Shown: positions 29,684-41,250 of the stretch, one piece after another
Layout: every line of letters begins with the position of its first letter
How positions within the stretch are numbered: position 1 is the stretch's first letter
Origin: Yuukianura sp. NJ FZ-2021
Taxonomy: Eukaryota
Assembly: GCA_046563655.1 (NCBI GenBank)
Contig: CM102283.1
Coordinates: 7,068,001-7,132,000 of the forward strand
Reading direction: 5' to 3'
Length of the DNA stretch: 64,000 nucleotides
Program-made: the position numbers and the translations under genes
The notes under the pieces: model-generated
The model's database searches: none
Told to the model about the DNA's origin: nothing
What the model saw: only the letters and a program-made list of their open reading frames with translations

Positions 29684-30232
29684 ATCTACACCGAAAATGC
29701 AAACAAACTGCTATTTTTGAGTCAGACGGTACAACAAATTTGACAAAGCAGAAAATTCCGACTTTTTGTCTGACTTTGTATCTGTTCTGCTTTGAATTTT
29801 TATCTTTGAAGAGTGTCTATAATTTCAGCAAATTTTAAACAAGTCAAACAAATTTTTCAGTTCGCAGAAAATCCAGTTTTTGAAGAAAATCTTTAATACA
29901 TCATCACACGGTTCAAGCAAAGTTCGAATCTTCACAATTCTTCAACAACTTAACAGACAAGAAGGTAAGCATAAAATATTTCGCTAACAAAAGATTCTCA
30001 AACTATTTTTGAAAAAAAAATCGAATTTAGTCTTAAATTACGTCTCTTATTTCCGTTGCTCATTTCAATATGTGCCTTTTTAAAAAATTCACAAGGACTA
30101 GAAGTGTGAACCAGAGGTCAGTCAACTGACAGCTCCATGTTAAATTAACTTCAAGTTAATTAATTAACCTTGAACTTAAAGTAGTTAAAGTTAATGTTAG
30201 TTTGAACAATTTCAACATTTTTGCGTTTTGTT

Positions 30233-32321
30233 TCAAAATTCGGCACTGTTTTGCCTTAGTTTCTTTTCTAAAGATTCTATTCTGAGATCCTGTGCCTTCT
30301 CTTTCATTTCATCTGAGCATGTTTTCATTCCCCATTGTAGAATATGTGTCTGAAGTGCTGCTAAACGGAGGTGGGTCTCGGCTAGTCGCTTTTCAGTGTT
30401 CTGGAATTGCAACTTCCATTTTCTAGATGCTCTCCATTGCATAGTCTGCGATTAATAGGCAATATGATTACAATTTACATTTAACTTAAATTTTGAATTT
30501 TTAACATTGGATATGTGCAGTACCTGCTGCTCCTTGACTTCGTCCTGCGTGGTAGACAGGACGCTGGTCACTGCGTCGACGTGACTAAGTTTTTCTTGAA
30601 ACTCAGTCATGTGAGAATCATATTTGGTTTCTAAAGCTTCCAGAACTTTGAACAGCGTCTGCGTTGAATCTTTCAGTTCAGCGAATCCGCCCACTTCCGC
30701 CTTTAATTCACGCAGATGATTCTGCGTCTCGCTCACTGACGTTTCAAGTGTCATTAGCCTCGTGTAGTCCGTGTCGTCTAAGGCATTCTGCTTCTGCGCC
30801 ATAAATTCCGTAGGCACTTGCGTCGTTTTTTCTTTTTCAAGATCATCAACCTTCTTTTCTAATTCGGCTGTCCAGAACAGCAATCCGTCCATCGTTGTGC
30901 CCAGAACTGTCAACTCTGACCTCAGCTTCTTCTTGTCATGTCGTCTTCCACGCGGAATTGATCTGAATCTTTTCAATTTCGAGTGTAATTCAGCCAGCGA
31001 CGTTTGGCTTCTCGATTTGGTCAAGGTCACTCCAAGGTCAGCTTCTCTCTTCCCTAAGTCTGCCATATCTCCGCGAATCTCTACTATGTCTTGAGTAGTT
31101 TTTGCTTGAATGACCTCCATCTTCTCTAAATCCTTTTGGAAAGTATCCATGTTCCTCCGAGTAGCTTTGGCATCATTTTGAGCTTCTTCAGTCAACTGGA
31201 ACAAAGTCGTAACGTTGAAGGTCGAAGATACTTCTCGCAGCTCATGTCGAATTTCTTCTAATCCAGTAGTCAGCCATTCCATCTTTTTCTAAAAAAAAAA
31301 TGAAATAATAGTGACTGATATTTTCAAAATCCTGGAGAATCTACTTTTCGTTTGAAAATTTGACCTCTCGGTGACAACTTTTCACAAAATTTTAGGCCGC
31401 AGCGTCACCCCGGGTCAAAGTACGCAAGAGTTTAAGCTTTCAGGTCAAAAACCGAAGCTAATAAATCTTTAGCTTAGGGATTTGCACAAGGAAAAGCGGG
31501 TGATTCATGAGACAGAAGTTGAAAAGAGAACAAGGAAAGTGAATTAAGGTGAAAGCAGAAGCTATGCAGCTTCTGCATTGTCTGTTTCTTACCTCTTGAT
31601 TTTCCAACTTTGTTTGAACTTTAGAGTTGAGTTGAAATGTCTCCGACTTGATTTGATTTTGTTTCAAAACTTGAACTTCTTCCCTTTTAAACAATAAGAG
31701 AACAACAAGTTTTAATTTGTTTCATAACTATTCAAAAACTTTTCAGAAGTTTCAAAATGAATGGCAGTTATTAATAACTTTGTGGTTGAAAAGTATTATT
31801 CGGTCCAAACAGTGACACCTTGAACTCAGACATTGATTTGTCCAGGTTTACTACATTCAGAATATGTTTTAAAATTTCGAAATTTTGAAACTAGAATTTT
31901 TGTAAACTCACCGGAGGTAGTTGATTTCTTCTCGAAGTTCGCCCACTTCCGCCTGAAGAGAAAGTTCTTTCCGCTGAGATTCAATAGTCTGCTTGAGCAT
32001 ATTTTTCAAATCGGCCAAAACGCCGACTAACCATTCCATCCTCCCGGAAGTTTCGACCAAGTCGTTTAAAATTTCCGCACTTTCTGCATTTTTGCCCAGG
32101 GCGCTTGACCTCTTGACCTCGTGACCGTGGACCTCATTTTTAGTGACCATGTTTTCCAAAATGTTTTTCTCCGCCATTTCACTGTCTAGAATCAAATTCA
32201 ACTTTGTTTCTAGATCTTCAACTTTTTTAAAGTCCACCACTTTCCCTTCTACTTTCACTTGTAAAATTAGGACTAGAAAACTTATGAATTTTACAACCAA
32301 AATGTATCCAAATTTGGCCAT
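30233..32321 (-). CDS. Secreted or signal-anchored long coiled-coil protein, uncharacterised
   Basis: Four phase-compatible GT-AG exons: 32321-31912, 31683-31593, 31288-30524, 30445-30233. Hydrophobic N-terminus MAKFGYILVVKFISFLVLILQV, then heptad-rich L/E/K sequence throughout. Confidence 0.8.
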
Positions 32322-33660
32322 TTCGAACTTTCGAATTCTAGTTTCTCTAAACTGCAATATTTTCTTGAAATTTCAAAACTAAATTTTATCTAAAAGACCA
32401 GTTTTCTTAGAGTTTTCTCAGAGTTTTCTTAGACGGTTTTTCTTAGTAAGTGTTTGTACTTGAGAGACTGATCGAGTACTGAAGAAGTTTAAAGTTTTTG
32501 GAAGGCTAAGGGCCCCCTAAAAGCTCCCTTGGGTAGGTACTTCCTTCTTGCTAGCATGACGAAGTACCCACCTGGACCAACACTTCTTCCCTTCGCTTGT
32601 CCAATACACACAAAAAATGACAGGTGATGTTCGCTCTAGCTTTTTTTTTGTTTGGAGCTGGTTCAGAAGCTTTTAACAATTGATCCTCCTGCTCCCTGAA
32701 TTTTAAAACACAAAGTCATAATTTTGAATTCGAGTTTTCAAAAAGTCCTGAATAAACCGGTTTTGAATGAAACCAAAAGCCATTTCTATACAAAGTCGCA
32801 AAAAGCCACAAGGCTGGAAAGTGCTAAAAACTTGTTAGAGGTCAAGGGTCAAATTATACCTGGACAAAGGAAGCTTCCCATGGCTCGTGCCTTTGTTTCT
32901 TTGTTTTGAACATGTTTTAGAAACCAAACATTATACTGCTAAGGTTTTTCTTTCATCCCAAGTCAATTAAAAGAAACATGAGGCTTGCTTCAGATTAACT
33001 CCCACTCGATTTATGAATCGTTGCTCCTGGAAATCCACGGAGGCGGGAGGTGATTTGAACTGAGGAACTGCAAAAATAGAAAAGTGGCAATATGAAAAAA
33101 TTTTCAAAAAAATAATCTGTTTCTAAAGATCCAATTTTTTGAGTTTTTTGTCTTTTCTTGAGTCGTAGGACGTATGACGCCGTTGCTGCTGTTACGGTGT
33201 TTAATAGCCGTACAGTTTCTATGAGGTTGGGTAATTTCAAAAGGAAATTGGAGAAAACCTAAAGTCTGGCGCGTGCTTATTTTTCTGTTCCTTAAGACTT
33301 AAGTCTTGCAGGGAGCCCTTGAGAATTGTACGTCTTAAAGCTAAGGGCTCATGGACAGACATACGGAAGATGCAAGATTTTCAAAAAAAAAAGAACTTTT
33401 TTTTTTGAAAAAGCATCTGCCACGCGAGGGAAGGGCTCCCGCATGTACCCTTTAATGGAGCCCTTAAATCCATTGTTTCCTTATTCTTGACATGGGGACC
33501 CTTAGAGCAGATGGTGGCAATCTTTACAAGAATAAGTTTTACCTTGTAGGTCATCTTCTATTTCCAGAGTTTCCTACGCATACGCTGCTGCTGCCAGTTG
33601 GAAAATGTCATTTTAAACAAAATTTTGAAAATTTTGATGTTTTTTTAGAAGTGACTGAAA

Positions 33661-36600
33661 ATGAAAACGGTGACACTCTGGTCAGAGACTGTCACCCTAC
33701 CGGACAACGGAGACAACTGTGTCTATGACCTATGCTTTTCTCCTGATGGAACTCAGATGGTAGTGGCCCTTGGGTTGCGAATTCTAATTTATGATGTGGA
33801 CCAAGGAACGACCCTTAAAGTGATCAAGGAAGGACACAAAGGGCTCGTCTATGCTCTAGCTTATGCTGCTGAAGGGAAAATTTTTGCTTCGGGAAGTCAA
33901 GACAAGTCGGTCATTGTTTGGACTTCTGAAGGAAGCGGCATTGTTCGCTACACGTAACTCTAAAATTTGCCAAAATTTTCTAGAAAAATTCAAAATTCAA
34001 ATTTTGAAACTTGGTTTTTTAGGCACAGCGACCCTATACAATGTTTGGCATTTAACCCATCTCGTGAGCTCCTTGTGAGTTGCGCCGTGAATGACTTTGG
34101 CCTCTGGACGCAAGACAAGAAAAATGTCAACAAAATCAAAGTTTCCGCCAAAATTAACGTCTGTGCGTGGGGCAAGGAAGGGGAGGTTCTTGCTCTCGGA
34201 CTTTCAAATGGAATTGTTTCCATCAGAAATCCAGTAAAGCCTACTACACAATTAACTTCAAAATTTTGAAGCTTGATTCAACTTTTCTTTTCACTTTTAG
34301 AACGGCGAGGAACACGGCAAAATTGAACGTCCAAACGGAGTTGCAATTTGGGGTTTGAGTTTTGCCGCTGTTCGAGACGACGGAGATGAAAAAGAACTTT
34401 TGTGTGTAGTAGACTGGGGTCAAACTTTGTCCATGTACAATCTACAAGGAAGGCAGTTAGTAAAGGAGAGGTCAGTGGGATTCGATCCCATGCGACTCGT
34501 TTATGTCAACGCAAGTCGTGAATCCCGCTATTTGGTCGTCGTAGGATCAAATCGTGCCTTGTCTGTCTACACCCTCGATGGAATTAAAGTGGCCACTTTG
34601 GCGGAACAGGGAAGTTGGATATGGAGTCTCGGAGTGAGACCAAAGGCACCAGGTTCTTCATGTCACTTGGTGCGTAATTTGTGACGAATAAGGACGTGAC
34701 CATGGGTGATGCATATAAAATTGTGTTAATTGAATGATTTCAGGCTGTAGGAACAGGCGGTGGAGTTGTGAGTCTGTACGACGTTCAAATTTTGGTGGTT
34801 CATGCCCTGTTCAAGTCCCTCTATGCTTTTAGGTAAGTGGACTTAACTTGAGGTACTTAAGGGTACCATATGTCGACATGTTATAAACTATGGACCCTTG
34901 GCGTGAGGTAGCCAGCGTACAGCATGTTGTGGTACCTTAACATAGGGCACCAAATGTTGTGATCTATGATCCCTTAACTTCCGGTTTGACACACGAATAG
35001 CGGAAAGGGTGAAGATGAATGGGAATTTAAAATTACGTCACACTTTTCACCAAAAAAATTTTAGGAAAGTTATGAGTTTGAAAAAGTAATTTTCAGAAAT
35101 AGTAAAAACTTCAAAAATAATTAATGTTTTTTCTTTGTTTTCACTTTAGAGTGAACATGACTGATGTCAAAGTTCAGAATTTGGATGAAGGTGTGCAAGT
35201 CGTCATGAAGTGTCGAGACTTGATCAAAAAAGTTGCAATTTCCAAAAACACTTTGGCAGTTCAACTGCCCGAGAAAGTTTTGATTTACCAAAGGGAAGCC
35301 AGATCAACCGAATTCAAATTTCGTTTGGCGGAATTGATGCCCCAAAAATTGGAATGTACGTTACTGGTCATGTGCAGTGAGCATCTCGTTTCATGTCAGG
35401 ACAAGAAGCTTCAGTGTTTCACATTCAATGGAACACAAATTCGTGAATGGATTTTGAGCAGCAGCATTCGCTACATTCGGTCTGTCGGGGGAGCTGAAGG
35501 AAACGAAGTGATTTTAGCGGGATTGAAAGATGGACAAGTCGTCAAAATTTTCATCGACAATTTATTTCCGGTACGCTCAAAAACGAAGCCCAACAACAAA
35601 ATTTGTAACAAATTCTAACTTTTAAACAATTCCTTTCACTTTTACAAATTTTCCGAAATTTTTGTTGTCAAGGTCAACCTGGTTCGTGTACCCCAAGGGG
35701 TAAGATGCCTCGACCTGAACAATTCTCACACAAAAGTGGCTGTGATTGACGATTCTACTACACTCTACGTCTACTCAACTACTTCCGAAGAGCTTTTATT
35801 TCAAGAACCAAACGCAATTACAGTATTTTGGAACACAGTGTACGATGACCTTCTGAGTTTTTCGTCCCCAGGAGGTCAACTCAGTATCAAAGCCAATGGA
35901 TACAAAACTTATCATCAGAAAATGCCCGGATTCGTTGTCGGATTCACCGGAACCCGCGTCTTTTGCATGAGTAACGGCTGTCTCCAAACCGTCGAAGTTT
36001 CAATGTCGACTCCTTTGAAACAGTACGCAGACTCTGGAAACTTTCCCAGTGCATTTCAAATCGCTTGTCTTGGCGCCACTGAACGAGATTGGCTGTACCT
36101 TGGAAACGCTGCCTTGAAAGCACTGGATTTTGAAACTGCGAAGAAAGCTTTTGCGAAGATGAACAAAATTGAAATTGTGCGGCTCATTAAACAGAATGAG
36201 AAGAAAGTCAAAGCGGATGCGGTGAAACCAGGAATTTTGATGGCCGAAGTACTGGCGTACCAAGGAGCATATGCTGATGCTGCCAAATTATTCAAGGAGA
36301 ACAAAGAAGAACATCGAGCAGTGGCCATGTACGCAGATCTGAGAATGTTTGATCATGCCCAGGAATTCCTGAGTTCTGCAAATACTAAGGAGAAGATGCA
36401 ACTGATGAAGAAGAAAGCTGATTGGGCCGTGAAAATTAGTGAGTACCGAGTAGCTGCTGAAATGTACTTGGTAGCTGGAGAGAAGCTGAAAGCCATTGAG
36501 CTCATGGAACAAAATGGATGGACTGACATGTAAAAAAACTCAAAAACAACAAAACGAATTTCCAAATTGTGAAATTTTGTTTTGGTGATTCATTTCTAGG

Positions 36601-38427
36601 CTGCTGGAACTCGGACCAAAGCTAAATTCGACAGAAACTGCTGAACTTTCGGCGTGTGCAGAAGCGTTGGTAAAGCTTGGTCAAGTTTCGGCTGCCGCTG
36701 AGCTGTTTCGACGCTTCGGTGCAATGGACAAAGTGCTTAGAATGTACGTAGCTTCGAAAGATTGGGACGAAGTGTTTCTAATGGCAACGAAGTATCCAGA
36801 GTACAAGGAATTGGCGTACATTCCATATGCACAGTGGTTGGCCGAACAAGATCGGTTTGCGGATGCGCAGAAAGCGTACCATGAAGCTGGCCGTCCAGAA
36901 GAAGCGTTCAAAGTTTTATTTACACTGCGTGACAACGCTTTGACGGAACTCCGATATCAAGATGTGAGCTATTATCACTGGATTCTGGCGTCGCAGTATT
37001 TGGACATCGCTGCTACTGCTGGAACAACGTGAATAGAATAACATAAACAAACCATACTATTCTAAAATTTCAAAAAATTAACTTTTTCAAAATTTTGAAA
37101 CAGAGCTGAGCAGTCAGTGCTGCTGAGTGAACATGAGCAACACTACACCAAGGCAATGATGTTCTTCTGCTACCAATCAATTTATACCTACATCGAGACG
37201 CCATTTACTTCATACAGTACTGAATCGCTGTTCAATATTTCCCGCTACTTGATGCTGGAACTCATCACACAGTTTGATCTCCCTGTGCCGAAATTGTAAA
37301 ATTTTGAAAAATTCATAAAAAATATTTTAATTTCAAAATTGAATTTCATTTTTGTGTTTCTGTTCCAGTCACTTGCTCTACTGTTTGGCAAAACATGCTA
37401 GAAGACTGGAAGCATTCAAATTTAGCCGATACACAATTGAAAGAATTCATGCCGTAAGGGTTCCGCCAACACTTGAAGCAAGTTTGGACGTTTTGATTGC
37501 CCAAGCAAAAGCGGATCCAATCAGCGACAATCCCGAACTACTTCCGCTGTGCTATCGCTGTTCAACGACCAATCCATTGCTCAATCCACGCGGAAATCGC
37601 TGCCTCAACTGCTTTCATCCGTTCGTTTACGCTTTTCCGACATTTGGTAACATTTGAAATTGAAAAAAATGTAAACAATTACGTGTAATTACTTGTGTAG
37701 TTCAAAGTAATTACTTGAATTTTTTTCAGAGGTGCTGCCGTTGATTGAGTTTTCCCTAGAAGAAGGATTGTCAGATGAAGAAGCAGTGAGTTTGATTGGT
37801 ACGCGTCTATCGTCTGCAAAAGCGCGAAAAAGTGCTGCTTACGGCTCCAGTTCAGCGACGAGATCTCGACGAATCCAGTCGGGAGATGGAGATCGTTGGC
37901 GGGAAAAACGGCATGAAGGAGTGGATATTTTGGAATTCGGTGATGACGATGATGAAGACGGACCAATGTCTCTTGGAGGAGGCGAAATTGACATGCGCAT
38001 GCGGAATGGAGACGAGGACAATGACCCATTTACGATGAAAGCAACTGACGTTTATGATGAAGCCGTAGGATATGTTCCACCCAAGGTTGGACGGGATACA
38101 CTGCGGAGTCTGGAACCACGTGAGGTGGTCATTTGCAAATGGCGAAAACCGCGCGGATTCAAATTCTACAAAAATTGCATTCCGGAGACTCCCGTTGTTA
38201 GTTGCAGTAACTGCTGGATGGTAAAGAAAGAACACTTAAAACTTTTGTTTGCTTCAACAGTAGTATTTTGATTCAATGTCAGCAACTGTTTCGACAAATC
38301 TCTAAGAAACTATTTTTTGAAAATCTTATAGCTTTTTCATGCGGACGACCTAATTTTGCAAATGCTGTGGAGTGGGGCGTGCCCCTTTTGTCGAGCGGGA
38401 CCAAACAGTACTAACGACACTTTCTAA
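33661..38427 (+). CDS. IFT122: Intraflagellar transport protein 122 (IFT-A; WD40, TPR-like region, C-terminal Cys motifs)
   Basis: Exons ~33661-33953 (YDLCFSPDGTQ...FASGSQDKSVIVWT), 34023-34233 (HSDPIQCLAFNP), 34301-34669, 34744-34832, 35150-35570 (NMTDV...KCRDLIKKVAI...LAVQLPEK), 35673-36529 (MYADLRMFDHAQEFL), 36600-37028 (PYAQWLAEQDRFADAQKAY), 37104-37295, 37369-37646 (LLPLCYRCSTTNPLLN), 37730-38220, 38332-38427 (CPFCR). Confidence 0.95.
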
Positions 38428-38990
38428 AAAAAAAAAGAAGAAAAAAGAAAAGTGGTTTTCTAAAAGTTCAAAAAAAGGAAGACTATTTGTCCTAAAACAG
38501 CAGAACTGAAAAAAATATTTAAAACTTTTGCAAATCCAAAATAAACAAAAGCATCGTTGGCTTTGCATGTACATGGATCATTTGACCTTGACCTCAGTTA
38601 GATTCTCGGTGTATCTCATAAGCAAGATAAGACTACAGCACTTGAATGAATATTACTTTTTCGAGGTTGTTTCCGTTAATCGTGTTAATGAAAATAAAAA
38701 AAAATGCATTCTAAACTATCAGACACAAAAAAAAAATACAATTGACAATGCAGTGTCGTCCCGAACCATATTTAGTTAGTCAGTTTATTCCAGAAATGTC
38801 TTATTATTATATGCTCAAATACAAGAGCCTTTCAAACTAGTCAAAGTTGAAAGTCTACTTTTCAAGATATGAATTTCATTATTTTCAATTTCAATGCACA
38901 ATCCTAACTCGTCCTCATTCCATATACTTTGAAGTGGCAATTTATTAAATTAATTTATAATTTCTAATTGAAATAATTTTGTTTTTTAAG

Positions 38991-39169
38991 CAGGGATGTC
39001 AAACATATTTTGTCTTCATGCTCACAATGTGAACAAAAAATATTTGCGGGGGTTTTGTTGTTAAACATTTATTTATTTAGCAATACCCTTAATGTTAAAA
39101 AGTAAATATTTCGACAATTTTTTAACAAAATCTTTTTTGTCAATATTTTACATATTTTTGACAACCCTG
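38991..39169. mobile_element. hAT-like MITE (179 bp)
   Basis: TIR CAGGGATGTCAAACATATTT vs reverse complement of right end CAGGGTTGTCAAAAATATGT (17/20). 8-bp flanks TTTTTAAG (38983-38990) and TTTATAAG (39170-39177) match at 7/8, consistent with a hAT TSD. Confidence 0.75.
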
Positions 39170-39385
39170 TTTATAAGGCATCAAATACTTTATTTAATTT
39201 TATTCCCGTGTTCAAATATTGTGTCTTATGGACCATCTAAAAAGTATTTAACCTCTAAATTTTGATTTTTTAATTTTAAAAATTGTCGAATAGGATAAAA
39301 GAAAGTTACACGCATACGCCTTTAAAAGCCGTGGGGTTCCACTAGTGTCACAGTTTCCAGAAGAGCAGTCATCATTGGCATCACA

Positions 39386-39811
39386 TCAATATCCTACTTT
39401 ACTGTCAGGATCTGCATTGTTGTTGCATTTGGACCTTTTCTTACACCAAGCACTCGTTCCTGGAGACTCCAGAATACACTCGTAACCACTGCAACAACGA
39501 GCAGTATCTGTACACTCCTTTCCTTCACAGCCCTTCTCAATTAAAAAAAATTAAACATTGAAAATTAAAATTGATCTTTTTATTTTTGAAACTTAAAAGG
39601 AACTTTACCTTTTTTCTACGCAAAGCGCCATCTCCGGCATCAGCCAAGCCATCTCCAGCCAATGCAACGCTTTCCACGTATGCGCAGAAAAAGAGCAACA
39701 GTGCCACGGCCACAACAACTCCTCTACAATCCAAAAAATGAAACAGAAATAGTTATGTAGTAGTAAGTTATTTAGAAGTAACGTTTACTTCTGAGTATTT
39801 TAGTACCTCAT
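39386..39811 (-). CDS. Secreted cysteine-rich knottin (ICK)-like prepropeptide
   Basis: Exons 39811-39807 (ATG AG), 39723-39609 and 39535 (or 39532)-39386 give MRGVVVAVALLLFFCAYVESVALAGDGLADAGDGALRRKK(K)GCEGKECTDTARCCSGYECILESPGTSAWCKKRSKCNNNADPDSKVGY*. This is a signal peptide, acidic propeptide, polybasic site and C-C-CC-C-C framework. Confidence 0.72.
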
Positions 39812-39893
39812 GATGATAATGAAGATTAATCAGAAAGTGTCGCAAGGGGAAATCAGAACGTTGACGGCTACGGTGATGGTGAGTAAAATCCTA

Positions 39894-41018
39894 TGCCCGT
39901 ATACATAATGACGGTTCACCCGTAACCTACGGATCAGGATTTGGTGAGACCGATCCGGGGGTCAGGATCACACTAATCCGTGAACGGTATACATAATATA
40001 ATCTTGAGCGGTGGATTTGTAAATCCGGTTCACCTGAACGTGATCATCGGATTACTCATTTTTACATGCCACATTTAAATACTTCAACAACAATGTATTA
40101 TGTTGATTAAAAATGTGACAAGTTTAATGCTCCTTTTATTTTCAGGTGGCAAAGTTTTCAAACTTTCTATAACACAACACCATTTTTGTTGTGTTTTATT
40201 AAAGTAATTAACGAAATAGTTAATGATTCAATTAATTTCTGAACAAAATAGGAAACTAATGGGACAAAATGCGGCCATGCTGTGCATATACTGCGCAAGC
40301 ACTGCGCAAGTACTGCGCAAGCACTAGGCACTGCGCAAGCACTGCGCACTGCGCAAGTACTGCGCAAGCACTGCGCACTGCGCAAGTACTGCGCACTGCG
40401 CAAGTACTGCGCAAGCACTGCGCACTGCGCACTGCGCAAGTACTGCGCAAGCACTGCGCACTGCGCAAGTACTGCGCAAGTACTGCGCACTGCGCAAGTA
40501 CTGCGCACTGCGCAAGTACTGCGCAAGCACTGCGCAAGTACTGCGCAAGCACTGCGCAAGCACTGCGCACTGCGCAAGTACTGCTGCGCACTGCGCAAGT
40601 ACTGCGCAAGCACCGCGCACTGCGCAAGAAGTTGAAATTTATATAAAAACTTTAGTTCTATAAATTCTAAAAGTTTTTTCTGACATTTATAACGCAAACT
40701 CCTTAATAAAACTGAACGCTTAACTCGTGGGAAAAGAATATACTAAACAAAAATTAAAATAATTCCAGTTGAATCAAGTGGTGAACCTACCCCTATACCA
40801 GGGTCACGAATTTTGATCCCGATCATAGTGATCCGGTTTACTTTTTTGTATTATGTATACGAATATAACCCTGAGCGAGGGATCAAACAAATTTTTGATC
40901 CGAGGTTTACGTGAGCGGGTCACCGATGACCTCGAGACTCATTATGTATAGGGATCAGGGTGATCGGTTCAACTTTTCATGATCGGATCACCGTGATCCG
41001 GCATTATGTATACGAGCA
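39894..41018. mobile_element. Non-autonomous DNA transposon with 3-bp TSD (PIF/Harbinger-like), 1125 bp, with an internal satellite
   Basis: 26-bp TIR TGCCCGTATACATAATGACGGTTCAC vs reverse complement of right end TGCTCGTATACATAATGCCGGATCAC (23/26). CTA on both flanks (39891-39893, 41019-41021). Extra subterminal (G)TATACATAAT copies at ~39987 (+) and ~40850, ~40940 (-). No transposase ORF. The superfamily call rests on TSD length only. Confidence 0.8.
40290..40628. repeat. Irregular tandem array of ACTGCGCAAGC / ACTGCGCAAGT / ACTGCGC units (35 units)
   Basis: Parsed directly from the sequence; every intact unit contains, or creates with the next unit, the palindrome TGCGCA. Confidence 0.97.
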
Positions 41019-41250
41019 CTAAAGTGGGACTGACCTAAGTTTTTATGGTTGACGGTTTTATTGCCGACAGAAGCAACCTCTTCGGCCAATCAGATTCCAC
41101 CAAGTCTCATTCCAGAATCCAGAACAGGTTGAGGTCATGACAGCTTGAACTCAAAATAGTAGTCTACTGTGAACAAAGCACTTTTGTTCCTAAATCTAAC
41201 CTAGTTTATTAGAAATTTAGCCCAAAAATTCCTTTCGTCCTAGAGTTCTT

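Noticed and set aside
39897-39912. loxP-like CGTATA...ATAATG motif
   Set aside because: Only superficial similarity; no 13-8-13 structure, and it is explained as TIR/subterminal repeats.
40290-40628. CRISPR-like array
   Set aside because: No unique spacers, units of only 7-11 bp, eukaryotic context and no cas genes.
40167-40697. Five overlapping Cys/Ala-rich ORFs
   Set aside because: They arise because the TGCGCA repeat units are almost stop-free, and they lie inside a TIR element.
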